Shown piece by piece: positions 22,265-33,653 of a stretch of 64,000 nt of DNA; position 1 is the first letter of the stretch, and every line of letters begins with the position of its first letter. A program made the translations under genes and the position numbers. The notes under the pieces were generated by a model, which did no database searches, was not told where the DNA came from, and saw only the letters and a list, made by a program, of their open reading frames with translations. Source of the DNA: Rozella allomycis CSF55 (Eukaryota); contig KE561071.1 in NCBI GenBank assembly GCA_000442015.1, forward strand, positions 1 to 64,000. The letters are read 5' to 3'.

Positions 22265-22616
22265 TTAATTATGTCGATAGTATTTTAAACCTAATAATAT
22301 TAGTATACAGTTTAATACCTAACCAATTCCAAAACACAAAAATTAGAAAAACGGGGATGATCATAGGAAGCACGAGACAATAATATTGGTCATATTTAAT
22401 ATAATCAATCCACTTAAGTTTATATCTACAATCCAATACCTTGATTCCACTATCTGGAAGAAATTTACTAGCCAAAATTGAATAACATGAAACAGCGAAA
22501 AATAGAAAAGCAAAAACCAAAAGAATTATTCCCGAAAAGGGTGTTACGTCATATGAATTTGGGTCTACTTGTAGCGTACTTTTTCTGTAATGATCTTTGG
22601 AGTTGAAACGCGGCAT
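22265..22616 (-). CDS. PIG-Y-like GPI-GlcNAc transferase subunit
   Basis: SKFLPDSG, DQYYCLVLP and spliced end WNWLG|LKYYRHN*; two short introns. Confidence 0.75.
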
Positions 22617-22829
22617 TTACAAATTTTTAGAAATAGTCAAAACGATGATATCATGATTCAACAAGAATTATTTTCAATGTTTTGTTAGGTGGGGGAACGA
22701 CAATCTGACCATTGAATCTGCAGTTGCATTTGTCCGCCTGTTATTATCCAGCCGCTTTCTCAACACTTATCAAATTGACATTGACAAACACTGTTATGTG
22801 CAGCCGTGATTGTTCAATTAAATATTCTC

Positions 22830-23035
22830 GCACAAAATATAAAGCCGGTTACATAGGATATTTCTGACTTGTGGGCGTCATAAACGTTACTCAGAATGCC
22901 AGATCGCATTACGTTTTGCATTAAGCTGGTTGAAATTCTTCCACTATTCTTTTTTTCACTTTTGTCAACTAGTTCCGTCGAGACTTCATCATTGAACTTT
23001 TTGACTGGAAAAACTCAGGACGTCATTATTAAATT
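22830..23035 (+). pseudogene. Degenerate duplicate of the upstream region and 5' end of the adjacent ABCG gene
   Basis: Shared blocks CGGTTACAT, GTGGG.GTCAT, GAATGCCAGATC and TTTTGCATTAAGCTGGTT, plus relic TSSLNFLTGKTQDVII versus TSLLNILAGRTQGGII. Confidence 0.75.
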
Positions 23036-23256
23036 AGCAGGTAAAATTTCAAGGCGCTAAAAGAATATATAGCAATAATTTAGTAAAAAATATTTTACAG
23101 CACACCTAGCTTTGTTTTATCGGCGAAACATCCACAAAGTCATCTTCATTATTCAATGCTATTAACAAAAGCATAAAGAAATAGCAGCACAACATATTAT
23201 GTCGGTTACATGACACATTTTTGACTCGTGGGAGTCATTATTTAACCTTTCTGAGA

Positions 23257-25255
23257 ATGCCAGATCCGAGGCAGCAGCATTTTGCATTAAGCTGGTTCAA
23301 CATTTCTTTTACCATTAAAGAAAGGAAAAGATTCTTCAAGGAAGAAAAGAAGCCAATTAAGATTCTTGAAAATGTGAGCGGGACTGTTAAACCAGGCGAA
23401 ATGGTAGCGATATTAGGTGCTAGTGGTAAATTGTATTTACTTTCTAAACCCGGTTCTGGCAAAACTTCTTTGCTGAACATTTTGGCAGGAAGAACACAAG
23501 GTGGTATTATTGAAGGAAAAGTCTTAGTAGTTAAAATTTCATACACTCAAAAGATAAATAATAAACCACGTCAAAAAGATTGGAGAAGGAGAGTTGCGTT
23601 TGTGGAGCAACTTGATCTCTTATACGAACACTTAACTGTTTATGAAACCGTGTTGTATGCTGCATATTTACGACTTTCCGGGAAAACCAATAAAGAAAAA
23701 GAAGCTAAAGTTGTTGAGCTTTTACGAACACTGGGCATTTTACATAGAAAAGACGCATTTGTTGGTGGAAGAAAAAAGTTTATATCAGGAGGAGAGAGAA
23801 AACGAGTCTGCATTGGTAATATCTATAAAATATTTGAAATTAGCAATTGAATTGGTAAATTTAATTGAGCATTAGTCAATTTAGGTAACAGACCCCAAAA
23901 TTCTTTTCCTGGGTAATTCATATTGTTTCTTTTAATTTAGATGAACCAACCAGTGGTTTAGACTCCGCTAATGCTCTTTCATTAATTGAAGTACTTCGGC
24001 AATTATGCCAAACACATGGGTCTAGTGTCTTACTAACGATCCATCAACCCAGATATAACATTTTAAAAATGTTTGACAAAATAATTTTGTTGGGCAAAGG
24101 TAAAGTAGCATATTCAGGATCTATTGATGGTACGATTGTCTTTATCTCTAACTCTAGGGGCACTAAACCATTTTCAAAGTATAAACTATCCCATCCCACC
24201 TATGACAAACCCAGCCGACCATTTCCTTGGTATCTAATATGATTATTGAAAATTAAGATATTACAACGATAGACAGGAGAACTAGAGAATTGGAAATACA
24301 GACTTCTAAAAATATTGACTTTATTCTTTCAAAATGGAATGAGTCAAGAATCGAATATCAACAAATTCTTGACGGTTGTAATAACGATAATGTTTCATAT
24401 GATTGGGCATTGATGTATCCACAAGAAGTGTGGACTCTATTCACTCGATATTGGAAGGAGACAATACGTTACACCTTAAGACTGTTCGCATTTTTCTTCC
24501 AGATTGTATTTCTTACCGTTATTTTAGGGCTGGTGTTTTTACAAATAGGATTTACACAACAAGACATTCAAAATAGGGTTGGTGTATTGTTTTTTATTAT
24601 AATCAATATTGCATTCACGACATTGACGCCGTTAATTAATGAATTTCCACTTGAGAAACCACTGATAGTCAGAGAACGATTTTCTAAATCTTTCAGAATA
24701 TCATCATTATATATAGCTAAAGTCTTAGCTGGACTACCGATTCTTCTTTTAGGAAACTTTATCTACGGATCTGCATTGTATTGGATGATTGGTTTAAAAT
24801 ATGATGCTGGAGCTTTTTTTTCATTTTTAACCTTTCTTGTAGGACTGGTAATATTTTCACAAGCATTCGGTCTATTTATTGGGGCTCTTGCAGATAGCCC
24901 TCAAGTAGGGCAAATTATTGGCCCTACATTTTTGATCATATTTGTCATTTTTGGCGGAAATTTTGCAAACTTGGAGACCATTCCTTCTTGGTTCGCTTGG
25001 CTACTTTGGTTGAGCCCCATAAGATATTCGTATCAGAGTTTATTCGAAAACGAGTTTTCCGGCTTGACATTTACCTGTTCTAGTGGTTCTAATGGATGCA
25101 TAACAAATGGGAATCAAGTCATTGAAAACTTCGGCTTAAACGTCCCCCAAAAGTGGGTTTCATTTTTGATTATTTTAGGATTCGCCATGTTTTTTCATTT
25201 ACTCGCGTATATTGCGTTAAGAATAACCACCAGACCACACAAAGTGAGAAACTGA
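23257..25255 (+). CDS. ABCG (White-family) half transporter
   Basis: Walker A GASG/SGKTS, ISGGERKRV, LFL|DEPTSGLDS, TIHQP and an ABC2 membrane domain; includes 11-nt and 28-nt microexons. Confidence 0.93.
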
Positions 25256-25273
25256 AAATAAAGATCAAATTTA

Positions 25274-26572
25274 TTATCCTAACAAATCATATTCATCATC
25301 ATCAAAGACATTATCTTCAAAGTAAGTTGTTAACAATTGATTCACCTTATCATCAATGTCATGGACAACATCATCACTCTTGTCTTGTTCAACATCTTTT
25401 AACTCTGGAATAACATAATCCTCGACTGTTTCATCGGCGTTCTCGAGTTTATTCATGTCCAAAAACTGAACACTGCTGTCAAAACTACAATCATTTTTCA
25501 TCAATTCTCGTAGTTTTTCAAGGGTAATGTCAGTGTACCACCCTGTTTTTATCTTTGTACTCAATTTTAAGGTATTACATTGCATTTATCATTATGATTA
25601 GATAAATCTAATCCGAGCTTCAAATCAGGTCTGATATCTATTATTTGAACTCCGTCATTTGATGCATCTTCTATATCTTTAACTAATTGGTTATGAAGTT
25701 TTCTAAAGTAAACAACTTGGTAATACCTCATAACGGGGCGCAGGCGAGGATCCAAACCGAATTTCACCCAACAATTTCGCCATGGCCCTGAAGAGCTATA
25801 ATATGCACATAGAGCTAGCGCATTTCTAAAGCTTCGGTAGTCTGCTTTCAAATATGTCTCCAACGATTTGCGAGTCCAGATAGGTCTTAAAGCAAATGCT
25901 TTTTCGAGGCTACCAATCAACTCGGGATTTATTGAAGAACGAATATTCTCAACTTCTATGGTTGGTTTTAAAGGGACATTGTCGATGAAACTTGCTTTTA
26001 CATAATAAAACCTCGCCCCTTTCCTTGGCGTTCTCTAGAATGATTATGAATAATCTTCCTACGTTTACGTTTTCTTTGATTCTAAATTGAGTTAATCAAA
26101 AGAATGTACTTTATAAATGTGGGCTGCTGTATTTGTGACATGGTCAACGGAGGAAACAAAAGTGGTGCATGTGACACGTGTTGCAGAATTTCTTTTACTT
26201 TTAATTCAATATCATTTATATTATGAGTGCTTGACCTGCATATATTAATAATGTCCTTCACTGGGTTTGCAGGAGTTTTATAATAAAAATCGGCTAATCC
26301 TCGGAAAAGACAGGCGGATTGAACACAAATATCTAATACTTTGGCCTCTGAAATACTTTTAGAATCATCGTTCACATCAAATTCTATAAGTCCAAACTCT
26401 TTTTCTACTATATTCCCGGGTATGCTAAAATCCCCTTCCTCAACTTCGATCAAACATGATTTCGTCTGCTTATTAATCTATTCATAAGTATGAAAATATT
26501 TACTTTAAATCTTTGACTGAAATCGCTGCCCTTTTCAACTCTTCCGGGAAATTCCACAAGAAAATAATCCAT
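25274..26572 (-). CDS. TFC1: TFIIIC subunit tau95 (Tfc1/GTF3C5)
   Basis: First exon MDYFLVEFPGRV, then FRGLADF, RPIWTR, SGPWRNCWVKFGLDPR, TGWY and an acidic tail. Confidence 0.85.
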
Positions 26573-26608
26573 TTTTTGGAATTACGAATACGGATCCCTG
26601 TATTAAAC

Positions 26609-27016
26609 ATGAATCGTGCAAACATTTTAATCAAATCATTACTCAAAATAAATACCCAAACCTTCAGAACAAAACAAACCGTTTCCGTCGCATTCACCAA
26701 TTTCGATGTCATTAAGAGGCTCAGAACAGCATTATTCGACAATGTGAATGTGCTTAGCAAAGTTGAAATCAGTGAAAAAGAAAGAGAAAACAGAGAATTT
26801 ATTTGTGAACAATGGAATCTGTATGTCTCATTGAAGGACGAATTCGAGCGGTACAAGGAGGCACGGTTTTTGATCTCAAAACAGAACGCGATGGAAACAT
26901 TAGAGAAATTATGCCCTAAACTAGCTCAAATTGCAAAGGAAGGTGATAATGAAAAATGTCCGGTGAATAGACAATGGCCTACAATCACACCACCAAAGAA
27001 GCCATATATTGAATGA
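26609..27016 (+). CDS. Mitochondrial ribosomal protein mL40-like
   Basis: Basic presequence-like N-terminus; W.LY, A.ETLEKLCPKL and PTITPP pattern of mL40. Confidence 0.7.
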   Translation: MNRANILIKSLLKINTQTFRTKQTVSVAFTNFDVIKRLRTALFDNVNVLSKVEISEKERENREFICEQWNLYVSLKDEFERYKEARFLISKQNAMETLEKLCPKLAQIAKEGDNEKCPVNRQWPTITPPKKPYIE

Positions 27017-27138
27017 CTGTATCAGTTAAACGAATGAAATAAAGTAAATAGTTGAAGAATTAAACAATATTTTTGTGCTTTTGCTTTTTACTCAAAGAAA
27101 TCATTATTTTTCAAACATCTAACCCTGATATTTCCAAA

Positions 27139-28366
27139 ATGGATTCACTTCCTTGGTACAGCAAATTAAATTCAAATATAGGGTGGAAAAGTATCGACCA
27201 GCTGATTTATCAGAACTAGCGTCTCACAAGGATATTATTTCAACGAGTAAAATCGTTTTAAAATCGATTTCTAGTCTCAAGATTTATTGATGAAAACAGA
27301 TTACCTCATATGTTATTTTATGGGCCACCGGGTAGCTTTAAGTATATTATATCATAGGAACTGGGAAAACAACAACAATTTTAGCATGCGCAAAAAAGAT
27401 ATATGGACCCAAATTCAAGTCTATGATATTAGAAGTATTTATATATTTTAGCATATAATATAGTTAAACGCGAGTGACGATCGAGGGATTGATGTTGTTA
27501 GAGATCAAATTAAGTCATTTGCTAGCACGAAACTCATGTTCAATAGGTATTAATTTTAATTGTAGTATATTATAGTTCTGGGATGAAATTAATTGTCCTT
27601 GACGAAGCGGATGCCATGACCAACGCTGCCCAAGCGGCGCTGAGGCGTGGTACGACTAATTTGCTGGTTTCATTTAGTGATTGAAAAGTATGCGAGAAAT
27701 GTCCGTTTTTGCCTCATTTGCAATTATGCTTCTAAGATAATCCCTGCTATTCAATCTCGCTGCACGAAATTTCGGTTCTCACCATTACCGATCGATACAA
27801 TGACTGACCGCTTGAATTTCATTGTTGATCAAGAAAACATAAACATCACTCCCCAGGGCAAAAATGCACTTTTGAAACTTTCAGGGGGAGACATGAGAAG
27901 ACTTGTTAATATTCTTCAAGTAAAGTTTTGGATTAAAAGATACAGGCTACTCATACTGCATTTGATGTTATAACGGATGACTCTATTTATCTTTCAACTG
28001 GAAAGCCTAATCCTTCAGATGTTGAAGCCATCATACATTGGCTAATGAATGATTCATTCAAATCATGTTACGATTGTAAACATTTTTGATGTTCTCAGAG
28101 TAGCAATTTATAATCTGCAAAAGGAAAGAGGGTTAGCTCTCGTTGACATTATTCATGAAGTAGCTGAGCATTTAATTTTTCTTGAGCTTCCTTCTGCAGT
28201 TCGATTGGTTTTATTAGAAAAAATATCTGACGTAGAGTAAGTACTAAATTTTTCTCAATAACATAGGCGAAACCTTAGTACTGGAAGCCATGAAAAGATT
28301 CAACTGGCTGCATTTATATCTTCTTTTACCATATCTAGGAATTTAACAAATACACAAATAAATTAG
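27139..28366 (+). CDS. RFC3: Replication factor C small subunit (yeast Rfc3/human RFC5)
   Basis: [66 protein letters not shown]; many short introns. Confidence 0.93.
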
Positions 28367-28469
28367 AGAACTAGTCATGAACTAAGCCACAATTGTCCCT
28401 ATAAGAATTTTTTTCGACTTAGATACCCCGGTCGGAGAATTGTAAGTATTTTTTTCATTTCGTATTTTC

Positions 28470-28548
28470 TATATGATGACAAACAGGCATTTGTCTTAGA
28501 GTTTTCCTTGACGAAAAACCCGAGCTACCTAATTTTATCATCTGACAC
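28470..28548 (+). ncRNA. Box C/D snoRNA, U15(SNORD15)/snR13-like, intronic
   Basis: Box C ATGATGA 28473-28479, guide AGGCATTTG followed by D' CTTA, C' TTGACGA, box D CTGA 28542-28545. The guide is complementary to LSU rRNA CAAATGCCT. Lies within a GTAAGT...CTAAT...TAG intron (28442-28594). Confidence 0.8.
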
Positions 28549-28672
28549 TTCTGTTTCTATTATTGTATTGTTTTGGGCATTTTCTAATGTGTAGGTCTTC
28601 AGTTGTTATAGAACCATTGTAATTTATTTAATAAACAAGAATTTAAAAACGTTAAACTTTATTTGAATGTAT

Positions 28673-29990
28673 TTTATCTAAGTGTTCATCAACCAGATTA
28701 GCCAAAAAAGTTAGTGTAGGATTTTTGATTTTGCTTAGAGACTAATTTCTTAACTTCGATGATACTTACTATACTTGAACACGCACTCTCCAAAAAATAA
28801 TTGTACTTGGGGTGTTCTTTATGAATTCCTTTCATATTTAAAGCCAAAATCACTATTTTTCTGACATTCTATAACAAACACAATTCGAATTTACTTTGGT
28901 ATCAGGAGAAAATATTTCATTTGAAATATTTGTTGTCTTAATTCTTTTGGGTGGTGTTTCACATTGAATTTTCTTTTCCCTATATTTTTCTAAATAAGTT
29001 TTCATAGAAAGATGTATATCGTTTGAAACAAGATGCCTCTTCCATTTGAAGAAATATTTTAGATATTCGCTTTTGTAGTCCTTTAAAGAGGCAAAAATAC
29101 CATCTAGCTCATACACAAATGAATTTTTTAGATAAATAAACCATCTAGTTTCATGCATTTCAACGTCTTCCATTATCAAAACAATATTCTATTCTATTGA
29201 AGAGAAAATAAAGATACCTCGAGATCTGTCATAATGCTGTCCATGTGGTCAAATAAAACTCTATCAATAGAAAAGTACTATATTACAATTTATAACTTAA
29301 TCCTGACTTTATAAAAGCAGTTGGCACTTCCGGAATTTCTTTCACAATTCGAAGGCGGTATTTTAGGGGTAAACTTTGTTTTGGCGTATCTGAATTGTGA
29401 CACAAAGCCGACGGTATGTTAAACTTTATTCCTTTTATATCATTGTCACAGAAAGCGCTAAATGAAAATACTTCCAATTCACCGGTCCATACCGATCTAG
29501 ACAAAAATTTCGCCATCTATATAGAAGCAAAATGTTACATTACATTGAATATTTCATTTATCTTTTCCATAGACTCCCATTGGATTCTTAAGACATTGGC
29601 CCATTTATGATTCCAGTAATTTGCCGTTATGAAAATCCATCGATAAACAAAATTATTTGTATACGCTAAATGAAACAAATATTCTTCGAATTCTCTGTTG
29701 GCAGCTACTTGTAAAGGCCAAATTTTATTTACAGGAAGCCACGATAAAGCAAAATTTTGTTCCTGTGTCCACGACGATATCAGTAAAGGTTTGAAATATT
29801 TTCTTTATAACTCCTTCTTGGAAAAATAGTTGATCACAAAGTCCCTTTTCTTGATACCAAAGAACATCTGGCATTCTGAATTTTGCCTAGAAAAAACTGA
29901 ACTTTAAAAATTGTGACAAAAAAAATATTAGTTACACTTAGGGCAAAAAGTTTTGGTGTTGTGCTTTATGACATCAATGAAGTACTGGCA
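28673..29990 (-). CDS. Hypothetical multi-exon protein
   Basis: Minus-strand ORFs 28853-29179 and 29283-29516 plus flanking open frames separated by intron-like gaps; boundaries approximate. Confidence 0.4.
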
Positions 29991-30140
29991 GCTAGTTTTT
30001 ATCAAACAGTAACCTTATTCTATTGCTGTAATGCAAAAATCATTAGAAAAAAACCTTGAAAATAGATAGTATGATTAGTATCATTATAGTATTACGAATG
30101 CACGATATTTATTAAATGAAAAACAATCCCAAGTGCTTTT

Positions 30141-30664
30141 TCATTTGCTCTCTGGCGTCTTTTGTACAACTTCATTTTCCAAGACGATCAGATCTCCATT
30201 TTGTATTTTTTTAACAAAATTAACAAATTTGGAGTTCTTGATTTTACTATCTTGAGCATCTAAGATGGACAACAAGCTCCCAGCAGCAACTGCTGTCTGA
30301 GCCGAATCTGACCTCAAATCATCTGATTTTTGTGTGTAGTAACTGAACTCCTTTGTCCATTCTGAAGATTCTTTATAGAATTGTTGGTGTCTATCCCAAA
30401 TCGCCTCAAACTTTATGTCTTCATTTAACTCTTGCTTAAATAAATCATTTTTCGCATTTTCATATGCCGCATTGAAATTTACCGATTCAAGTTCATTGGG
30501 AATGAATTGATGCGATTCATGGGCGTTTCCGAATTCAGCGGACCACGAACTTGATGCTTTTTTGAATCGGGAAACTTGACTGCTTGATTCCTATCTCATT
30601 GCACAGAATATTGTACCAATAGTCTGTGAGCTATCGTTTTGGAAGAGAAAGAATTGCAGTCCAT
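30141..30664 (-). CDS. PTS2 co-receptor, Pex20/Pex18/Pex21-like
   Basis: Spliced protein starts MDC (N-terminal Cys), has WSAEF and WTKEF (WxxxF) motifs and ends with Pex7-binding-like KIKNSKFVNFVKKIQNGDLIV; no TPR domain; absent from the ORF track. Confidence 0.75.
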
Positions 30665-30731
30665 TATAGAAATTTCAAATGTAAATTTGTTAAAAGAAAA
30701 AATGAAAAAAATTGATTTTCATGTGGATTTA

Positions 30732-32333
30732 TTAATAAGATATGGAAAGTTTTTCTTGAGAGTTGGATTCTAATACGTTAGTTTGAACGTCGAGCATTTC
30801 TTGAGCCTTTGATAGCAAGAATGAACCATTTAAAGGAGAACATGCAAGTTTATATAGTTTGTAATCCAATAAAACATTATCATCTTTCATTAACATCAAA
30901 ATATCAAAATATTTTTGTATTGACATTGGAAGCATTGAATCTATGCCATCTGCATACTTTGTATTTGCATTAACGATTTCAATGTTAAATTTAGGATTAT
31001 TGCAAAATGAAGTTAGAAGATCAAAATAAAAGCGGTAGCCTCTCTTGTAGTTGAGCCCTTTTACAAGTTCATAAATTTCAAAGCAAGAATCCAGATCTTT
31101 TAATTCTGAAAATGCCTTCAAAAACAATTTAATGCACGCACCTCCTTTATGCAATTCAGATGAGTTCTTCATGTCATTGTAAATTTGGCGAATCATCGGC
31201 TCATTTTCAAGTGGCTGTTTCGTTAAAACCGAAAGATATATTGAAACTGATTGATCATCTTTTGTGACTATTTTTTGAAGGAAGTGCATGACTTTATCGT
31301 GCCTTTTATGGATTGAGTAGATTTTTATCAAATGGGAATTCAAAATGTCATCAAACTCCAGCTTTTGATTTACAAGCTTTTCAATGAAAGCCTCTATCGT
31401 TGCCAAACCAACTTTAGACTTTTCAAGTAAGCCGAGTACACAAGTCGCCAGTTTCGTGTCGAATGGAATGTTTTTGCCTTTAAATATTTTTATAACTTTA
31501 AAGCAATCATCACGCCTAAGAGATTTATTTAGTTGACTAAGAATTATTGTCGTAAGATGTTGTGCCTGGTTGTGCTTTTGATGAAACTTTATAATAAAGG
31601 ACTCATATACGGCTAATGCATCATTAAATTCATAGTGCTCTAAATATTTAACTATTAAGAGCCAATGAAATTCTGTCTTCTTGGGATACGTTTTAGTCAA
31701 TTTGGAAAAATACAAAGCCACAGAATGAAAACACTTTTTACTAAACAGTATATCAATTAAATATTTAGGTTTAATTGCATCAATATTTTCTTGCTCTGAA
31801 ATCGATTGAGTCAAATAATCCAAATCCTCGGGACTCAACTTCTTTAGCAAACTAACAACGTGCGAATCATTCTCATGCTTTATAACTTGAGAAACATAAA
31901 ATGGAATTATCTCTTTTGTATCATTTTGCTTCATTAACACCTCCATCAATGTTCCTAAATCCATTCCCGTAGAAGTATCTTGCTTCATTAAATGTAGCGC
32001 TTGTATCATCTTTTCAAAGTCTTTATTTAATGCATATATAATTGCCATATTATACACTATCTTCTTTTTGCACTCCATACTTAATTCATTAATACCTTCG
32101 CCCATGCTTTGAAAATAATTTATTGCATGTTGTCGAAGCTGTTCATACACACAGGATTTCTCAAAGAACATTAATGTTGCTTTCTCATCTTTCATTCCAG
32201 TTTGTTTAAACAAGTCAAGCGCTTCCTGGAATTTTTGATTTTGAATCAATGTTGCAAGTTGTGTAACAGAAAGAGATGAATACATTCTCATACATTTAAT
32301 TCCAATTAGATTCTTAACTATTCTACCCTGCAT
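30732..32333 (-). CDS. Mitochondrial PPR/TPR-like helical repeat protein
   Basis: Intronless ORF with a presequence-like start (MQGRIVKNL...RMYSS) and PPR-like repeats such as ILNSHLIKIYS. Confidence 0.65.
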   Translation of the reverse strand: MQGRIVKNLIGIKCMRMYSSLSVTQLATLIQNQKFQEALDLFKQTGMKDEKATLMFFEKSCVYEQLRQHAINYFQSMGEGINELSMECKKKIVYNMAIIYALNKDFEKMIQALHLMKQDTSTGMDLGTLMEVLMKQNDTKEIIPFYVSQVIKHENDSHVVSLLKKLSPEDLDYLTQSISEQENIDAIKPKYLIDILFSKKCFHSVALYFSKLTKTYPKKTEFHWLLIVKYLEHYEFNDALAVYESFIIKFHQKHNQAQHLTTIILSQLNKSLRRDDCFKVIKIFKGKNIPFDTKLATCVLGLLEKSKVGLATIEAFIEKLVNQKLEFDDILNSHLIKIYSIHKRHDKVMHFLQKIVTKDDQSVSIYLSVLTKQPLENEPMIRQIYNDMKNSSELHKGGACIKLFLKAFSELKDLDSCFEIYELVKGLNYKRGYRFYFDLLTSFCNNPKFNIEIVNANTKYADGIDSMLPMSIQKYFDILMLMKDDNVLLDYKLYKLACSPLNGSFLLSKAQEMLDVQTNVLESNSQEKLSISY

Positions 32334-32369
32334 TGCCAAATTAAGAATAGAGTAGGGTACAAGCCACAA

Positions 32370-33653
32370 ATGGAAAAAAACTACTTGGAATGGTTAAAGG
32401 CTTACGGGGCTACTATTTCAGATAAAATTAAAATATCAAAAAGTGAAGAAGATGGTTTCGGATTGTATTCTGTTGATTCAATACAAGTAGCTTTTGTACT
32501 CGAGTTATAGTAGTTAGAAAGACGAAGTTTTGTTCGAAATCCCAAGATCTTTAATATTAAACGAAAAAAACTCAAAATTTGATGTATCTTGTATTTCTGA
32601 CACTTGGCTGAAACTAATGGCCCTCATAATACTGGAAAAACATTCACTTGATTCTTTCTGGAAACCATATCTAAGTAATATGAGAAAGTCTTTTTAAAGT
32701 GATATGCTTCCTGAATCGTTTAGCACTCCTCGCTTTTGGAGCCCTAAAGAAAAAGAATATCTCAGTGAAACAAATTTGAAGTACCACCTTGAAAATGATT
32801 CCTCTATCGAGCCAAGTTTCAAATCATGCATAAAAGTATATTTTACTATCGTTTTAAGAAAAGAAAAGTTTGAATGAAATGACAGATGAGGAAATTGAAA
32901 AGCAGTTCCATATAGCTGGGTCAATTGTGTCATCTTATTCATTCACCGAAGATGACATTATTCAAATGGTCCCTTTGGCTGATGTTCTCAACCACAAAAC
33001 TGGTTTCAATAATGTACTGGTCTTGTTTCTCTACAATTAGGCTCGACTATTTTATGATAGGGAATGCTTAAGAATGATTGCGATTCAGCCAATACATAAA
33101 AATGACCAAATCGTAATTTTTTACTCTTTTCATTTTCCAGTTTAATACCTACGGTGAGCTCGGAAATTCTCAGCTCTTACTGAGATATGGGTTTATAGAA
33201 AAAGAAAATGCATATAACGATGTGGAAATTATTGCAACAGAAGTGACAGATTCTGTCGAATGTGAGAACAAGGAAGAAAGAATTGACCTCCTACTTGAAG
33301 ATGAAGTTATAGATGAGTAATGAATGTAACATTGATTTTTTAGTTTTTTCGTGATATCTAAAGAAAATAAAGTTCCCAATTCATTGATAGCAACTGTCGC
33401 TATTTTGTTAATGACAAAGGAAGAATTTCGACAATTTGAAAGGACGGTTGACTGGGAAGAGCTGGTCTCAAAGAATAGGCGATCATTGAAAACTTTAAAC
33501 GTTGTGAAGCGCGTATATTCTGATCGCATCAGTAAATTGAAAAAATCAAGGGACGAATTGAGTGGTCATGGGAGCAACAGTATGAAAGAAAACATAGCGC
33601 TGCAACTCATTAACGAAGAAATAGATATTTTAGAAAATGCATTAATTTATTAG
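32370..33653 (+). CDS. SET-domain lysine methyltransferase (SETD6/Rkm4-like)
   Basis: SFWKPYL, MVPLADVLNH, FNTYGELGNSQLLLRYGF; several short introns. Confidence 0.88.

Noticed and set aside
26500-26856. 118-aa minus-strand ORF overlapping the mL40-like gene
   Set aside because: Shadow ORF; the real TFC1 first exon is in a different frame starting at 26572.
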